From NCBI GenBank assembly GCA_951406725.2, contig OX597836.1, forward strand, positions 33,480,001 to 33,544,000: DNA of 64,000 nt. Reading direction: 5' to 3'. The translations under genes and the position numbers were made by a program. The stretch's first letter is position 1; every line of letters starts with the position of its first letter. Shown here one piece after another: positions 14,410-26,889 of this stretch. The stretch is from Octopus vulgaris. Its lineage: Eukaryota. The notes beneath the pieces were generated by a model. It had not been told where the DNA came from, did not search any database, and saw nothing but the letters and a program-made list of their open reading frames with translations.

Positions 14410-14575
14410 CTGAGAGACGGTTGGCTGATTAGTTGGTTGGCCTAACTTCACTCGGGGCAACACTGTGGACCTAAACGGCGTTTCGATTGGTCGAGCTCCT
14501 TCTGTCAATCATACCGGCAAGCAGTGGGCGGAGCTAATGTAGCGTCATAAGCTGTCGTCAGACGTCCGTCAAATA
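14410..14575. promoter_or_regulatory. Promoter/enhancer-like island
   Basis: CpG-rich unique sequence with ATTGG (14486-14490), GC box GGGCGGAG (14526-14533) and three CGTCA half-sites, between CT-rich and GA-rich flanks. Confidence 0.45.
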
Positions 14576-15960
14576 ATCAAACAAAAACAATGTCGAGAGC
14601 AATAGCAGCGGTGGTAGTGGTGGTGGTGAGAGGAAGGAAGGGGAGAAAGAGAAACAGAGTGACGAGTAGAGAAGGAAAGAGAAAAAGAGAAACACAGGGT
14701 GACGAGTAGAGAAGGAATGGGAGAAAGAGAAACACAGGGTGACGAGTAGAGAAGGAAGGGGAGTGGTGTGGCTTGTTTGCTTTAAACAAGAAGCTAAGAG
14801 AGAAGGAGGAGAGGGAGGAGGGAGACGAGAAACAAAGAACGAGACTCGCTCGTTTTATTTAAAGCTGGAAAGAGGGAGGAGAAGCAAAGACCAAGATAAA
14901 AGAGAGAGTATGAGGAGGAGTGTTGCTTACACTCCCTCTCTCTATATCTATACAAGTTTCCTCTCACCCTTTTTTCTAGTCTCTTGACTCTTAATCTATC
15001 GTTTCTCACTCTCTTCTCTCGCTTTCTTTCGTTTATACTTTTACTCCTTCTCCCTGCTGTGTTTCACATACAGGGTCGGTTACTCCCTCTCTCAATAACA
15101 ATACACTCTTTCTTTTTAGTTCCCTCACTCTGTATCTATTTACCTATCTCTTTCTCTCTCCGCTAAACATTTACTCTTTCTCTTTGCCTCTTTAATTATC
15201 TATCTGTCTATCTAACGTTCATTCACTCAATGCCTCGTCCCCTCTGTCTTACTCTTTGTCTCCCTCTCTGTCTCTCTCCTTTACTGCGTATCTGTCTATC
15301 AGGCTCTCCCTCTCTCACTCATACTAGCTCTTTCTCTCGCTCTCTCTTCTATCTCTCTCAATGCCTTGTCCACCTCTAGCTTTGGGCAAGGAGCTAAGGA
15401 GGCGGAGGAAGGTGGAAAAGAGAAAGAAAGGGTGAAGATATTAAGTAAATATAAGAGAAAGACGTTAGGACACACACACACAGCCAAACATAGAGACAAA
15501 ACAAAGGCGGAGGTGTACAGGAGGGAGAGGCGGAGGAGTTGGCACAAAGAAAGAAAGATAGATAGATAGGTAGAGAGAGAGAGAGAGAGAGGGGCAGACA
15601 GAGAAATTAAAATATAGAAAATAGACACGATATATTTACAAAATTCACACATTGGACTGCGGCCATGCTGGGGTAACATCTTCCAGATCATGTCGACCTT
15701 ACAGTACTTCATTCAGTGTGTAAACCTTTCTTTATCGATTTCTATTTATCGAATGACAACACTGGATATTTTTCGTTTCGGTTTCCCGTTTTTTTTGGGG
15801 TTTTTTTTTTAAACAGCAGGGACGTCTTCTGCATGAAAACATCACAGTGAAGGAGTGGGTGCTAGCATATTGCGCTCAGAGGACGTCTTTATCTTTCGTC
15901 CTCTCGGACCAATCAAGTACTTCTTCTTCTTCTCCTTACAGCATTCACCCGGGGTGGGTT

Positions 15961-16358
15961 ACTCTTTTACTTGTTTCCGTCATTTGACTGCGGCCATGCT
16001 GGAGCACCGCCTTTAATCGAGCAACTCAACCCCGGGACTTATTCTTTTGTAAGCCCAGTACTTATTCTATCGGTCTCTTTTGCCGAACCGCTAAGTTACG
16101 GGGACGTAAACACACCAGCATCGGTTGTCAAGCAATGCTAGGGGGACAAACACAGACACACAAACATATACACACACGCATATATATATATATACATATA
16201 TACGACAGGCTTCTTTCAGTTTCCGTCTACCAAATCCACTCACAAGGCTTTGGTTGGCCTGAGGCTATAGTAGAAGACACTTGCCCAAAGTGCCACGCAG
16301 TAGGACTGAACCCGGAACGATATGGTTGGTAGACAAGCTACTTACCACACAGCCACTC
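15961..16358 (-). mobile_element. SINE family A, near full length
   Basis: Reverse complement of the 24848-25257 copy including central microsatellite. Confidence 0.9.
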
Positions 16359-16769
16359 GAGCTGGCTTCATTCATCCTCAATGCTGCCTGCATCTCTCAC
16401 AAACGCCGACCAGGCCTGGCGATTTGAGGCTTAACGACCGCGTGACCTCCAACCACTCCTTATTCAGGTTGAGTAGCCCATCACGCTCAAAAGGTCCCTG
16501 AATAAGGGTTCTTTAAGGATTTTGAACAAAACACCCATGTTTCCAGAAGTGAATTATTCAAACCCCAAAGAATCCCTCTCAACACATGGCGATGATGCTC
16601 CCCCACTACTTCTGCTCGTGATCAAAGATGCACATATCATCAGCCACTAAGGGACATGCTCAACTGGTTAAGGTCAAACAACTGACAAGCAAATCTGTGG
16701 TATTGAGCAGAATATTTGCTGTAGCCCATCTTTTATACCAAGACAAAACACTTCCAATTATTGTTATTA

Positions 16770-17128
16770 TCGTTAGTACGCTGCACGAAATGCTTAGTGG
16801 TATTTCGCCCGTCGCGACGTTCTGAGTTCAAATTCCACAGAGGTCAACTTTGCCTTTCATCTTTTCGGGGGCGATTAAATAAGTAGCAGTTACGCACTGG
16901 GGTCGATATAATCGACTTAATCCGTTTGTTTGTCCTTGTTTGCTTTCTCTGTGTTTAGCCCCTTGTGGGTAGTAAAGAAATAGGTATTTCACCCGTTGCG
17001 ACATTATGAGTTCAAATTCCTCCGAGGTTGACTTGGCCTTTCCTCCTTTCGCGCTTCGATAAATTCGGCACAAGTAAAACACTGAGATCGATACAATCGA
17101 TTAGTACCCTCCCCCAAAATTTGAAACC

Positions 17129-17130
<2 letters not shown>
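16770..17130 (+). mobile_element. SINE-B composite (type i tail, then second monomer with type ii tail and (ATT)n)
   Basis: Two GAGTTCAAATTCC B boxes; junction AAGAAATAG|GTATTTC near 16983. Confidence 0.85.
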
Positions 17131-17174
<44 letters not shown>

Positions 17175-17177
<3 letters not shown>

Positions 17178-18263
17178 TATGTTTGACTTTTGCTTTATAT
17201 TTGTACAAGTTGGCTCCAAGTCTCACCCAGAGACCTCAAGAGACAACAGGTTGGAAGTTCATGTTGTTGTTATGCCTAGTGTGTCATATATTTTGGTTTT
17301 GTACTTAGTGTTGTACTAGTGAATGTCTTAAAAAAAGAACGAAAATTTATTATTATTATTATCGTTATTATAATTATTATTTTTTTATATTTGACTTTTG
17401 CTTTACATTTGTAAAAGTCGGCTCCAAGTCTCACCCAGAAACCTCAAGAGAAAGTTGGAAGTTCATGTTGGTGTTATGCCTAGGGTGCCATATATTTGGT
17501 TTTGTACATAGTGTTGTTCCAGAGAACATTATGTTTGTTTTAAAACTTAAGATTACATAGAAAGTATTTTGCGTAGGATATGGGCAGTTCCCATAAGCAC
17601 TATCTTTTGAATTTCTGCCATTTTGAGGTTTCCTGGTAGCTGAGTTAGGTAGAAATCAGCCCCTTTTTGCTATCATTCCCTATGACAACAGGTATTGTTT
17701 TAGTCTTCAGGATCCACATTTTGCTAATTTCTATTTCAAGATTTTTATACTTGCTCAGTTTTTGGCAGGTCTTGACAGATACGTTTATATCGATTGGGAC
17801 AGTCATATCAATGAAGAGGCATGATTTTTGTCTGAAGTCTTTCAATATGATGTCTGGCCTATTTGCATCTATCTTTCTGTCAGTTTGAATGGTGAAGTTC
17901 CAGAGGAGTGAGATGTGGTCATTTTCAAGCACTGGAGGTGGTTTGTGTTCCCACCAGTTTTTATCTTCGGGCAAGTCCAGGCTTTTGCAAATTACCCAGT
18001 GAATATATATGGGGCAGCTCTATGATACCTGTTGAGATACCCTGTAGGCGCAAGAAGACTGCACTTGGAGACAACATGATCAATGGTTTCATTTTGTTGT
18101 TGACATACACAACATGTTGTGCTAATGCCGTTCTTTGATATGTTGGCCTGGTAGTTCCTTGTAGGTATGCATTGATCTTGGGCTGCAATGATAAACCCTT
18201 CTGTTTCAGATTTTAAGCCAGAGGCCATTAGCCATTGATGGGTAAGGGCTTTGTCAACATCGG
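17175..18263 (-). mobile_element. 5'-truncated, frameshifted R4/Dong-type non-LTR retrotransposon with duplicated 3' UTR
   Basis: CCHC knuckle CxxC..ETIDHVVSKC, restriction-like endonuclease motif NRPDIILKD..IDMTVP..K..KY, terminal EIQKIVLMGTAHILRKILSM* (stop 17553-17555); (TAA)n at both ends. Confidence 0.88.
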
Positions 18264-18494
18264 TTATTATTATTATTATCATTATTATTATTATTAGGAC
18301 TACGAGCTGGCAGAACTGCCGCTGTTAGCGGCACTTCTTCCGGCTCTGTACGTTCAGAGTTCAAATTCCGCCGAGGTCGATTTTACCTTTCATCCTTTCG
18401 GGTCGATTATATGAACCACAGTTCAGGTAATCGTCTAGCCCTCACCCCTCAAGATTTCTGGGTTTTCTGCCAAAATTTCTAATAAAATATTTAA

Positions 18495-18850
18495 CTGTGT
18501 GGTAAGGTTCCGGGTTCAGTCCCACTGTGTGATACCTTGGGCAAGTGTCTTCTACTATAGCCTCGGGCCGACAAAAGCCTTGTGAGTGGATTTGGTAGAC
18601 GGAAACTGAAAGAAGCCCGTCGTGTATATGTATATATGTTTGTGTGTCTGTGTTTGTCCCACCCACCACCAAAACATCGCCTGACAACCGATGGTTGTGT
18701 GTTTACGTCCCCGTAACTTAGCGTACTATAGAATAAGTACTAGGCTTACAAAGAATAAGTCCTGGGGTCGATTTGCTCGACTAAAAAAGGCGGTGCTCCA
18801 GCATGGCCACAGTCAAATGACTGAAACAAGCAAAAGAGAGAGAGTAAAGA
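18495..18850 (+). mobile_element. SINE family A with internal deletions
   Basis: GGGTTCAGTCCCACTG head and AGTCAAATGACTGAAACAAG tail. Confidence 0.85.
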
Positions 18851-18912
18851 GTATACTAAAGGGTATACTAACCGTGGAGCGCTAATCTACAATTTTTGCT
18901 TTTGTGGAACCT

Positions 18913-18971
<59 letters not shown>

Positions 18972-19577
18972 CAGACAGACAGAGAGAGACAAAGAGAAAG
19001 AGAGTGAGAAAGAGACGGAGGTGTGACAAAGAGATAGATTTAAGCCGTTGGTTGTAGTGGTAGGAGAGATGACCAGTTCTGTCAAGAGTTGTGAATGGAA
19101 AATTGTAGAGAGGAGGCGGAAGGGAGGGGGGAGTCATAGTGTGTGTGTTTGTGTGTGCGTGCGTGTGTGTGTGTGTGTGTATGACTGTGTGTTTATATTA
19201 TTTGCTCGTAGTGTAATACGTAAAGTTTCTTTGTTTTGCTTCTTTTTTTTTTGCATCTGTATGTGAGCAATGTCATGTTTGTGGCATGTAATTGCGCGGA
19301 CTCAGTGTTTGGAGCGTGGGAGTTTGTGAGTGTGTGTGCGTATCATTGTGGGCGTGTGTGAGAGAGACGTGTGTCAGTGTAGTTAGTACGCGTGTGAGTT
19401 GTGTGTGTAGTACGTGCGGGTGCGTGTTACACTGAGGTGCGCTAACACACACACACACGCGCGCATGCATGCATAGACCTCTCCTAAAACTTGAAGGCAT
19501 CCATACAAACACATATACAGGCACAAGCATACGCACAAACATGCACACATGTGTGTGTATGTGTGTGTGTGTGTGTG

Positions 19578-20605
19578 AGGTGCAATGGCCCAGTGGTTAG
19601 AGCAGCGGACTCGCAGTCGCAGGATCGCGGTTTCGATTCCCAGACAGGGGCATTGTGAGTGTTTATTGAGCGAAAACACCTAAAGCTCCACGAAAGCTCC
19701 GGCAGGGGGTGGTGGCGAACCCTGCTGTACTCATTCACCACAACTTTCTCTCAATGGCCCAGTGGTTAGAGCAGCGGACTCGCAGTCGTAGGATCGCGGT
19801 TTCGATTCCCAGACAGGGGCATTGAGAGTGTTTATTGAACGAAAACACCTAATGCTCCACGAGGCTCCGGTAGGGGCTGGTGGCGAACCCTGCTGTACTC
19901 ATTCACCACAACTTTCTCTCAATGGCCCAGTGGTTAGAGCAGCGGACTCGCAGTCGTAGGATCGCGGTTTCGATTCCCAGACAGGGGCATTGTGAGTGTT
20001 TATTGAGCGAAAACACCTAAAGCTCCACGAAAGCTCCGGCAGGGGGTGGTGGCGAACCCTGCTGTACTCATTCACCACAACTTTCTCTCAATGGCCCAGT
20101 GGTTAGAGCAGCGGACTCGCAGTCGTAGGATCGCGGTTTCGATTCCCAGACAGGGGCATTGTGAGTGTTTATTGAGCGAAAACACCTAAAGCTCCACGAG
20201 GCTCCGGCAGGGGGCTGGTGGCGAACCCTGCTGTACTCATTCACCACAACTTTCTCTCAATGGCCCAGTGGTTAGAGCAGCGGACTCGCAGTCGTAGGAT
20301 CGCGGTTTCGATTCCCAGTCCGGGCATTGTGAGTGTTTTATTGAGCGAAAACACCTAAAGCTCCACGAGGCTCCGGTAGGGGCTGGTGGCGATCCCTGCT
20401 GTACTCATTTACCACAACTTTCTCTCACTCTTTCTTTCCGTTTCTGTTGTACCTGTATTTCAAAGGGCCAGCCTTGTCACACTCTGTGTCACGCTGAATC
20501 TCCACGAGAACTACATTAAGGGTACACGTGTCTGTGGAGCACTCAGCCATTTGCACGTTAATTGGATCAACTGGAACCCTCATTGTCATAACCGACGGAG
20601 TGCCG

Positions 20606-20610
<5 letters not shown>
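19578..20610 (+). mobile_element. SINE family C with five tandem 168-169-bp tRNA-like heads and one tail
   Basis: Units start at 19584, 19753, 19921, 20090, 20259, each with TGGCCCAGTGG A box and GGTTTCGATTCC B box. Confidence 0.92.
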
Positions 20611-20671
<61 letters not shown>

Positions 20672-20751
20672 TAATAATATTAGGGAGTAAATCTAAACTT
20701 ACAGGGAAAAATTAGATTTAGGATTAAATCTAATTTTATAGTATAAATATA

Positions 20752-20979
20752 TATTATATTAAATTAGAGATAAAACCACTATTAGGCAAATCAGTGAAAA
20801 TCATAAGAAAATCATAGAAATAAAATTAATTAAAAAAAATATATTTTATATATATATATCTATATATATAAAAATATATATATTTTATATTTTTTTTAAT
20901 TAATTTTATTTCTATGTATTGGCTTATGATTTTCACTGTTTGATTTGCCTAATAGTGGTTTTATCTCTAATTTAATATG

Positions 20980-20985
<6 letters not shown>
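20752..20985. repeat. Fold-back inverted repeat, arms about 95 bp, between (AT)n tracts
   Basis: ATTAAATTAGAGATAAAACCACTATTAGGCAAATCA matches its reverse complement TGATTTGCCTAATAGTGGTTTTATCTCTAATTTAAT. Confidence 0.85.
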
Positions 20986-21020
<35 letters not shown>

Positions 21021-21034
21021 CTCGTAGCTTAGTT

Positions 21035-21188
21035 TTTCCTTGGGGCTGGCCAGATTGGAGCAATCTCAAGATTAATCAGCCGAAATTGCGAGGATGATCC
21101 GGTTCTTGACTGAAGATTAGAGGCTTCGAATGAACCGTCCGTGTTTTTTGTATCGTCTATTGAATTGTTTTGCGTTCTTGTCCCATTT

Positions 21189-21190
<2 letters not shown>
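21035..21190 (+). repeat. Unclassified interspersed repeat beside (AT)n (also 49640-49770 and 61040-61210)
   Basis: Shared CGAAAT..GATGATC.GGTTC.TGACTGA.GA..AG.GGCTTCGA core in three copies. Confidence 0.7.
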
Positions 21191-21235
<45 letters not shown>

Positions 21236-21392
21236 CACACACACAAATACGCACACACAGAGTGATAGCGGGTATCTATAAGCAATGTATAAAAGCCACT
21301 TCAGGAAAGAAGGATAAACAAACGACACACCCACACATACATACGTCGTGTGTGTGTGTGTGTGAGTGTGTGTGTGTGTGTGTGTGTGTAGT

Positions 21393-21433
<41 letters not shown>

Positions 21434-21524
21434 CGCGTGCACAGAGCTAGAAGGACCCAGGGAATAACAAGAGTCCTGGCTGAAGAAAGAGCAATGAGGA
21501 ACAACACAAAAGAACACCACCAAC

Positions 21525-21570
<46 letters not shown>

Positions 21571-21794
21571 TGAAACAACAAAACACCCCCACCCCACCCC
21601 GCCGGTTCGCTCCCCCCCTCTCGGAGTCGAGTGCCATACATTAAGAAAATAAACTGAGATGAAGAAGAGGGGAAAGGGGTGAGGAGGAGAATGGTAAAAA
21701 AAAGGAGGAAGTCTTTAAATAAATGTATTGAACGTTTAGAGAGAGAGAGAGAGAATTGTGTGAAAGGGAGGGAAGAAAAGGAGAAAGGGGTACG

Positions 21795-21795
21795 G

Positions 21796-21843
<48 letters not shown>

Positions 21844-21854
21844 GGTTAGATGGT

Positions 21855-21918
<64 letters not shown>

Positions 21919-22534
21919 CAGATAGATAAATAGACAGATAGATAAATGTAGAATCAATGAGAGAGAGAGAGAGAGAGAGAGAGTTAGAGAGCTATAGAAA
22001 TAAAAGATAGATAGATATATATTTCTTTACTACCCACAAGGGGCGAAACACAGAGGGGACTAACAAGGACAGACAAACGGATTAAGTCGATTACATCGAC
22101 CACAATGCGTAATTGGTACTTAATTTATCGACCCCGAAAGGATGAAAGGCAAAGTCCACCTCGGCTGAATTTGAACTCAGAACGTAGCGGCAGGCGAAAT
22201 AGATAGATAGATAGATAAATAGATGAATGGATAGATAGATAGATAGATGGGCAGACAGGCGTACAGGTAGATAGATAAATGGAGAAAAAGATAGACGGGC
22301 GGGTGGATGGATAGAAAGACAGACAGATAGATAGATGGACAGATAAATTGGTGGATAGCTAGATAAATACATACTTAGATAGATAGACTGGTGTATAGAT
22401 AGATATGCTTCTTTATTGGACACACAGGGCTGAACACAGGTGATGGATGGATAAGTTTCTTTATTGGCGACACAGGGCTGAACACAGAGGAGACAGACAG
22501 ATAGATAGATTGGTGGACAGACAGACAGACAGAC

Positions 22535-22577
<43 letters not shown>

Positions 22578-22800
22578 CAGATAGATAGCCTGAGAGATAG
22601 ACAGATAGATAGACTGGTAGATAGCTAGCTAGATAAAGACAGAGAGAGAGACAGACAGATAGATAGATAAGTTTCTTTATTGGCCACACAGGGCTGCACA
22701 CAGATGGGACAAGTTACAAGGTAGAGCTTTTCTTTTGGGGGAGGAAAAAAAAAAGGTGGCGTAGGTTTTCGATCAAAAAGGATCGTAAAAGGGGGGAAAA
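21795..22800. repeat. (GATA)n field containing a SINE-B (22021-22200, minus) and three LINE-tail fragments
   Basis: TTCTTTATTGG.CACACAGGGCTG-like motif near 22409, 22456 and 22672. Confidence 0.8.
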
Positions 22801-23144
22801 AAAGGAAAAGAAAAAAGAAAATGGGAAAGGAACAAAAGAAAAGAAAAATGAAAAAAGAAAAAAAAAAAGGGGAAGAGGAAAAAAAACGATCAATAGGGAT
22901 CGTAGATAGATAGATAGCTAGCTAGCTAGATAGATAGATCGATAGACTGGTGGATAGATGGACAAAGAGACAGACATGTATAGTAAGAGACTTCGTTTTG
23001 GAATTTTGTTTTGCAAGATTCTTGATGTGACGTGTCTCCTTTCGCTATTAGAGCTTAAGCAAGGTAATCAGCTTCATTAATTCATTAACAGTCTTGCGCT
23101 TGTCAACCATTCTTTTTTTTTACCTATGGAACTCCCCCCACTTC

Positions 23145-23745
23145 CTTTGATGTCTGTTTTTGATTCGACGGTCATTCGGAATGCTCACAGCAGCCATATT
23201 CCTACCGCTCTATGTCACGCTGGTGAGACCCATATTGGAGTACGGGATTCAAGCCTCTTCTCCTTATCTCCTCAAAGACATACAGCATCTCGAACGAGTC
23301 CAGAAGCTGGCTACCAGCATGGTTCTTGGTCTCAAGCATTTGTCTTATGAAGAAAGGCTGAAGACGCTCGACCTTTATTCTCTAGAAAAACGACGACGCC
23401 GTGGTGATCTCATTCTTGCTCACAACATCATAAGCGGAAAGTGTAACCTCTCGTAAGAGCTGTTCTTCACTCCTGCTCCAGAGCGTCGGCTGCGGGGTCA
23501 CTCCGAAAAGCTCTATCTGCGACGATTTCATCTCAATCGAAGGAGAGGGGCTTTCTCCGTCCGGGTTGCGGATCCGTGGAATAAGCCGCCGGACGAGATA
23601 GTGAAGATGCCAACGACCGCTCGGTTCAAAGTCTCCCTTGACCACAAATGGCCTGAACTCTTTGCATGAACACCCTCCCTGTACATAACTCCATGTCCCC
23701 CTACATGGCCTTGCTTTTTGCTTTTTGAGCCAAAAAATTAACTTA
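23145..23745 (+). mobile_element. CR1-clade LINE 3' fragment (ORF2 C-terminus with one in-frame stop)
   Basis: LYVTLVRPILEYG, LERVQKLAT, YEERLKTLDLYSLEKRRRRGDLI, LRGH, FSVRVADPWN; premature TAA 23454-23456, terminal TGA 23667-23669. Confidence 0.9.
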
Positions 23746-24249
23746 TTCTGCTGGAGAGATTCCCAGTCGACACAAAATGAAGGAAATAGGGCAATACCCG
23801 TCTCTTTGTATTGAGTTTCGTTTGTCCTATAAATTTCTTGCCTTTTTGCTTTTGTATCCAATTTCTGTGTGTGTGTAGATTGGGTTACTCGTATTCAGTC
23901 CACGGCAGGACGAAGGCCTTAGCCTGTTCTCACCACCAACTACGGTCAGGTGTGGAGGCCGTGAATTTGAGCTTGACATCATACTGGTTTGATGAGCCTA
24001 TTCTGCCAAACTAGCTCGTGTGTATGTGCGTTATGAATGTATATATATGTCTGTCTATCTATGTAGATACGAATATCTGTACGCGCGTGCGTGTTCATAA
24101 GGTGTCATTCACACACATAAACGTGTGTCTATGTCTTCTTTTCAAACGTTCGTCTTTAACTACAATTAACGGTCTAACTACTACGATGCTGGTTCGAACC
24201 TAGAACCAGGCGATATGTATGTGATTTTGGATGGCGGAATCGTTAGCAT

Positions 24250-24763
24250 GCGGCGAGCCGGCAGAGATGTTAGCACGCCGGGCGAAATGCGTAGCCGTAT
24301 TTCGTCTGCCGTTACGTTCTGAGTTCGAATTCCGCCGAGGTAGACTGTGCCTTTCATCCTTTCGGGGTCGATAAATAAAGTACCAGTTTCACACTGGGGT
24401 CGATGTAATCGACTTAATCCGTTCGTCTGTCCTTGTTTGTCCCCTCTGTGTTTAACCCCTTGTGGGTAGTAAAAAAATAGGTATTTGGTCTGCCGTTACG
24501 TTGAGTTCAAATTCCGCCGAGATCGACTTTGCCTTTCATCCTTTCGGAATCGCTAAAATAACTACTAGGATCAATGTAATCGACTAATCCCTCTTCCCCT
24601 TGCAGCAGGACTGAACCCGGAACCCTGTGATTGGAAAGTAAGCTTCGGGATCGATAAATTAAGTACCAGTTACGAACTGGGGTCGATGTAATCGACTTAA
24701 TCCCTTTGTCTGTCCTTCTTTGTCCCCTCTGTGTTTAGCCCCTTGTGGGCAATAAAGAAATAA
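24250..24763 (+). mobile_element. Nested SINE-B composite flanked by a 12-bp direct repeat
   Basis: GAATCGTTAGCA at 24237-24248 and 24764-24775; internal AAATAG|GTATTT junction at 24480. Confidence 0.8.
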
Positions 24764-24847
24764 GAATCGTTAGCACGCAGAAATAAAAGGCCTAGCTACT
24801 ACCGTCCATCCGGCTTTAAAGTTTTGAGAATAGAAGAAACCGCAGTA

Positions 24848-25257
24848 GGCGCAGGAGTGGCTGTGTGGTAAGTAGCTTGCTAACCAACCACATGGTTCCG
24901 GGTTCAGTCCCACTGCGTGGCATCTTGGGCAAGTGTTTTCTGCTATAGCCCCGGGCCGACCAATGCCTTGTGAGTGGATTTGGTAGACGGAAACTGAAAG
25001 AAGCCTGTCGAATATATGTATATATATATATATGTATGTGTGTGTGTTTGTGTGTCTGTGTTTGTCCCCCTAGCATTGCTTGACAACCGATGCTGGTGTG
25101 TTTACGTCCCCGTCACTTAGCGGTTCGGCAAAAAGAGACCGATAGAATAAGTACTGGGCTTACAAAGAATAAGTCCCGGGGTCGATTTGCTCGACTAAAG
25201 GTGGTGCTCCAGCATGGCCGCAGTCAAATGACTGAAACAAGTAAAAGAGAGAAAGAG
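24848..25257 (+). mobile_element. SINE family A, full-length reference copy
   Basis: TGGCTGTGTGG A box, GGTTCAGTCCC B box, CTTGGGCAAGTG CORE-like segment, central (AT)/(GT) tract, GAAACAAGTAAAAGAG tail. Confidence 0.92.
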
Positions 25258-25654
25258 TCGACATTGCTTTCCATTCTTTCAGGATCGCGTACCTCTCCGT
25301 TTGTGTGCACGCCATATCGTAACCAGGTCTTTCTGTCTTACGTAAGAAGATACTCCAACAAAACTAACGAGCTGCAGAATACCCGCTTTCCACACGAATC
25401 AGACACGCCAAAGCGTGGTTCGGTGTCATCGTGAAATCGGTCTAACTTTTGCGGTACGACCTGAGCCAGCAATCTGTGACTGCAAGTGTCGTAATGGGTG
25501 AGACAAGAAACAAACATTTCTTTGTCTCTTAACTAACGACCTACGCCCACACACACACACACACACTAGCGCGCGCACGCACTCAAGCATTCCTTTATTG
25601 TATCTGTGTATTAGAAATGTGTGGGAGGTTTTGTATGTATGTATGTATGTATAT

Positions 25655-26070
25655 ATTTCTTTACTACCCACAAGGGGCTAAACACAGAGGAGACAAACAA
25701 GGACAGACAAACGGATCAAGTCGATTACATCGACCCCAGTGCGTAACTGGTACTTAATTTATCGACCCCGAAAGGATGAAAGGCACAGTCGACCTCGGCA
25801 GAATTTGAACTTAGAACGTAACGGCAGACGAAATACCTATTTCTTTACTACCCACAAGGGGCTAAACACAGAGAGGACAAACAAGGACAGACAGACGGAT
25901 TAAGTCGATTATATCGACCACAGTGCATAACTGGTACTTATTTAATCAACCCCGAAAGGATGAAAGGCAAAGTCGACCTCGGCGGAATTTGAACCCAGAA
26001 CGTAACGGCAGACGAAATACCACTAAGCATTTCGCCCGGCGTACTAACGTTTCTGTCAGCTCGCCGCCTT
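25655..26070 (-). mobile_element. SINE-B dimer
   Basis: Full head plus second headless monomer; junction near 25837. Confidence 0.9.
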
Positions 26071-26207
26071 CGCTATGTAGGTATGTATGTATATGTACGT
26101 ATGTGTACATGTGCGTGTGTATGTATATACGTTCATGTGTATATCGGTGCCCCAGCATGGCTACAAACTTAGGGCAGAAGCATATAAAAGAATACATTAT
26201 ACATATA

Positions 26208-26732
26208 TATTCTTTTCCATGTTTCAGTCATTTGACTGCGGCCATACTGGAGCACCGTATATAGTCGAACAAATCGACCACAGGACATTCTTTGTAAGCC
26301 TAGTACTTATTCAATCGATCTCTTTGCCAAGCCGCTAAGTTATAGGGATGTAAACACACCAACATCGGTTGTCAAGCTATGGTGGGAGGGGACAAACTCA
26401 GACAGACAGGCGCAGGAGTGGCTGTGTGGTTAGTAGCTTGCTTACCAACCATATGGTTCCGGGTTCAGTCCCACTGCGTGGTACCTCGGGCAAATGTCTT
26501 CTACTATATAGCCTCGGGCTTCTGAGTGGAATATGTATATGTTTGTGTGCGTTTGTTCCCCACCAACCTATGCTGGTGTGTTTACGTCCCCGTAACTTAG
26601 CAGTTCGGCAAAAGAGGACCGATAGAACAAGTACTAGGCTTTACAAAGAATAAGTCCTGGGGGTCGATTTGCTCGACTAAAGGCGGTGATCCAGCGTGGC
26701 CCGCAGTCAAATGACTGAAACAGGTAAAAGAG
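26208..26732. mobile_element. Two SINE-A copies (minus 3' half 26208-26405; plus copy 26408-26732)
   Basis: Similarity to reference copy in both orientations. Confidence 0.82.
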
Positions 26733-26833
26733 TGATATAATAAGGATGTTTATTCTTGTTTGTGTGAAGTTAGATATAATTAAGGTTTAAAACAAGGGAA
26801 TTAAAACTGATGATGATAGGAAGTATTTTATTT

Positions 26834-26885
<52 letters not shown>

Positions 26886-26889
<4 letters not shown>

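Noticed and set aside
15817-15952. Possible plus-strand exon after a strong acceptor (QGRLLHENITVKEWVLAY...)
   Set aside because: Weak donor, no recognisable homology, no linked exons
19584-20320. Tandem tRNA gene cluster
   Set aside because: A and B boxes are present but there is no proper acceptor stem, and each unit runs into SINE body sequence
21105-21140. Hammerhead-like CUGANGA in the 21035/49640/61040 family
   Set aside because: No GAAA box or consistent stems in any of the three copies
25283-25341. Possible 59-nt plus-strand exon (TTTCAG ... GTAAGA)
   Set aside because: Short pyrimidine tract directly after a SINE and no supporting homology
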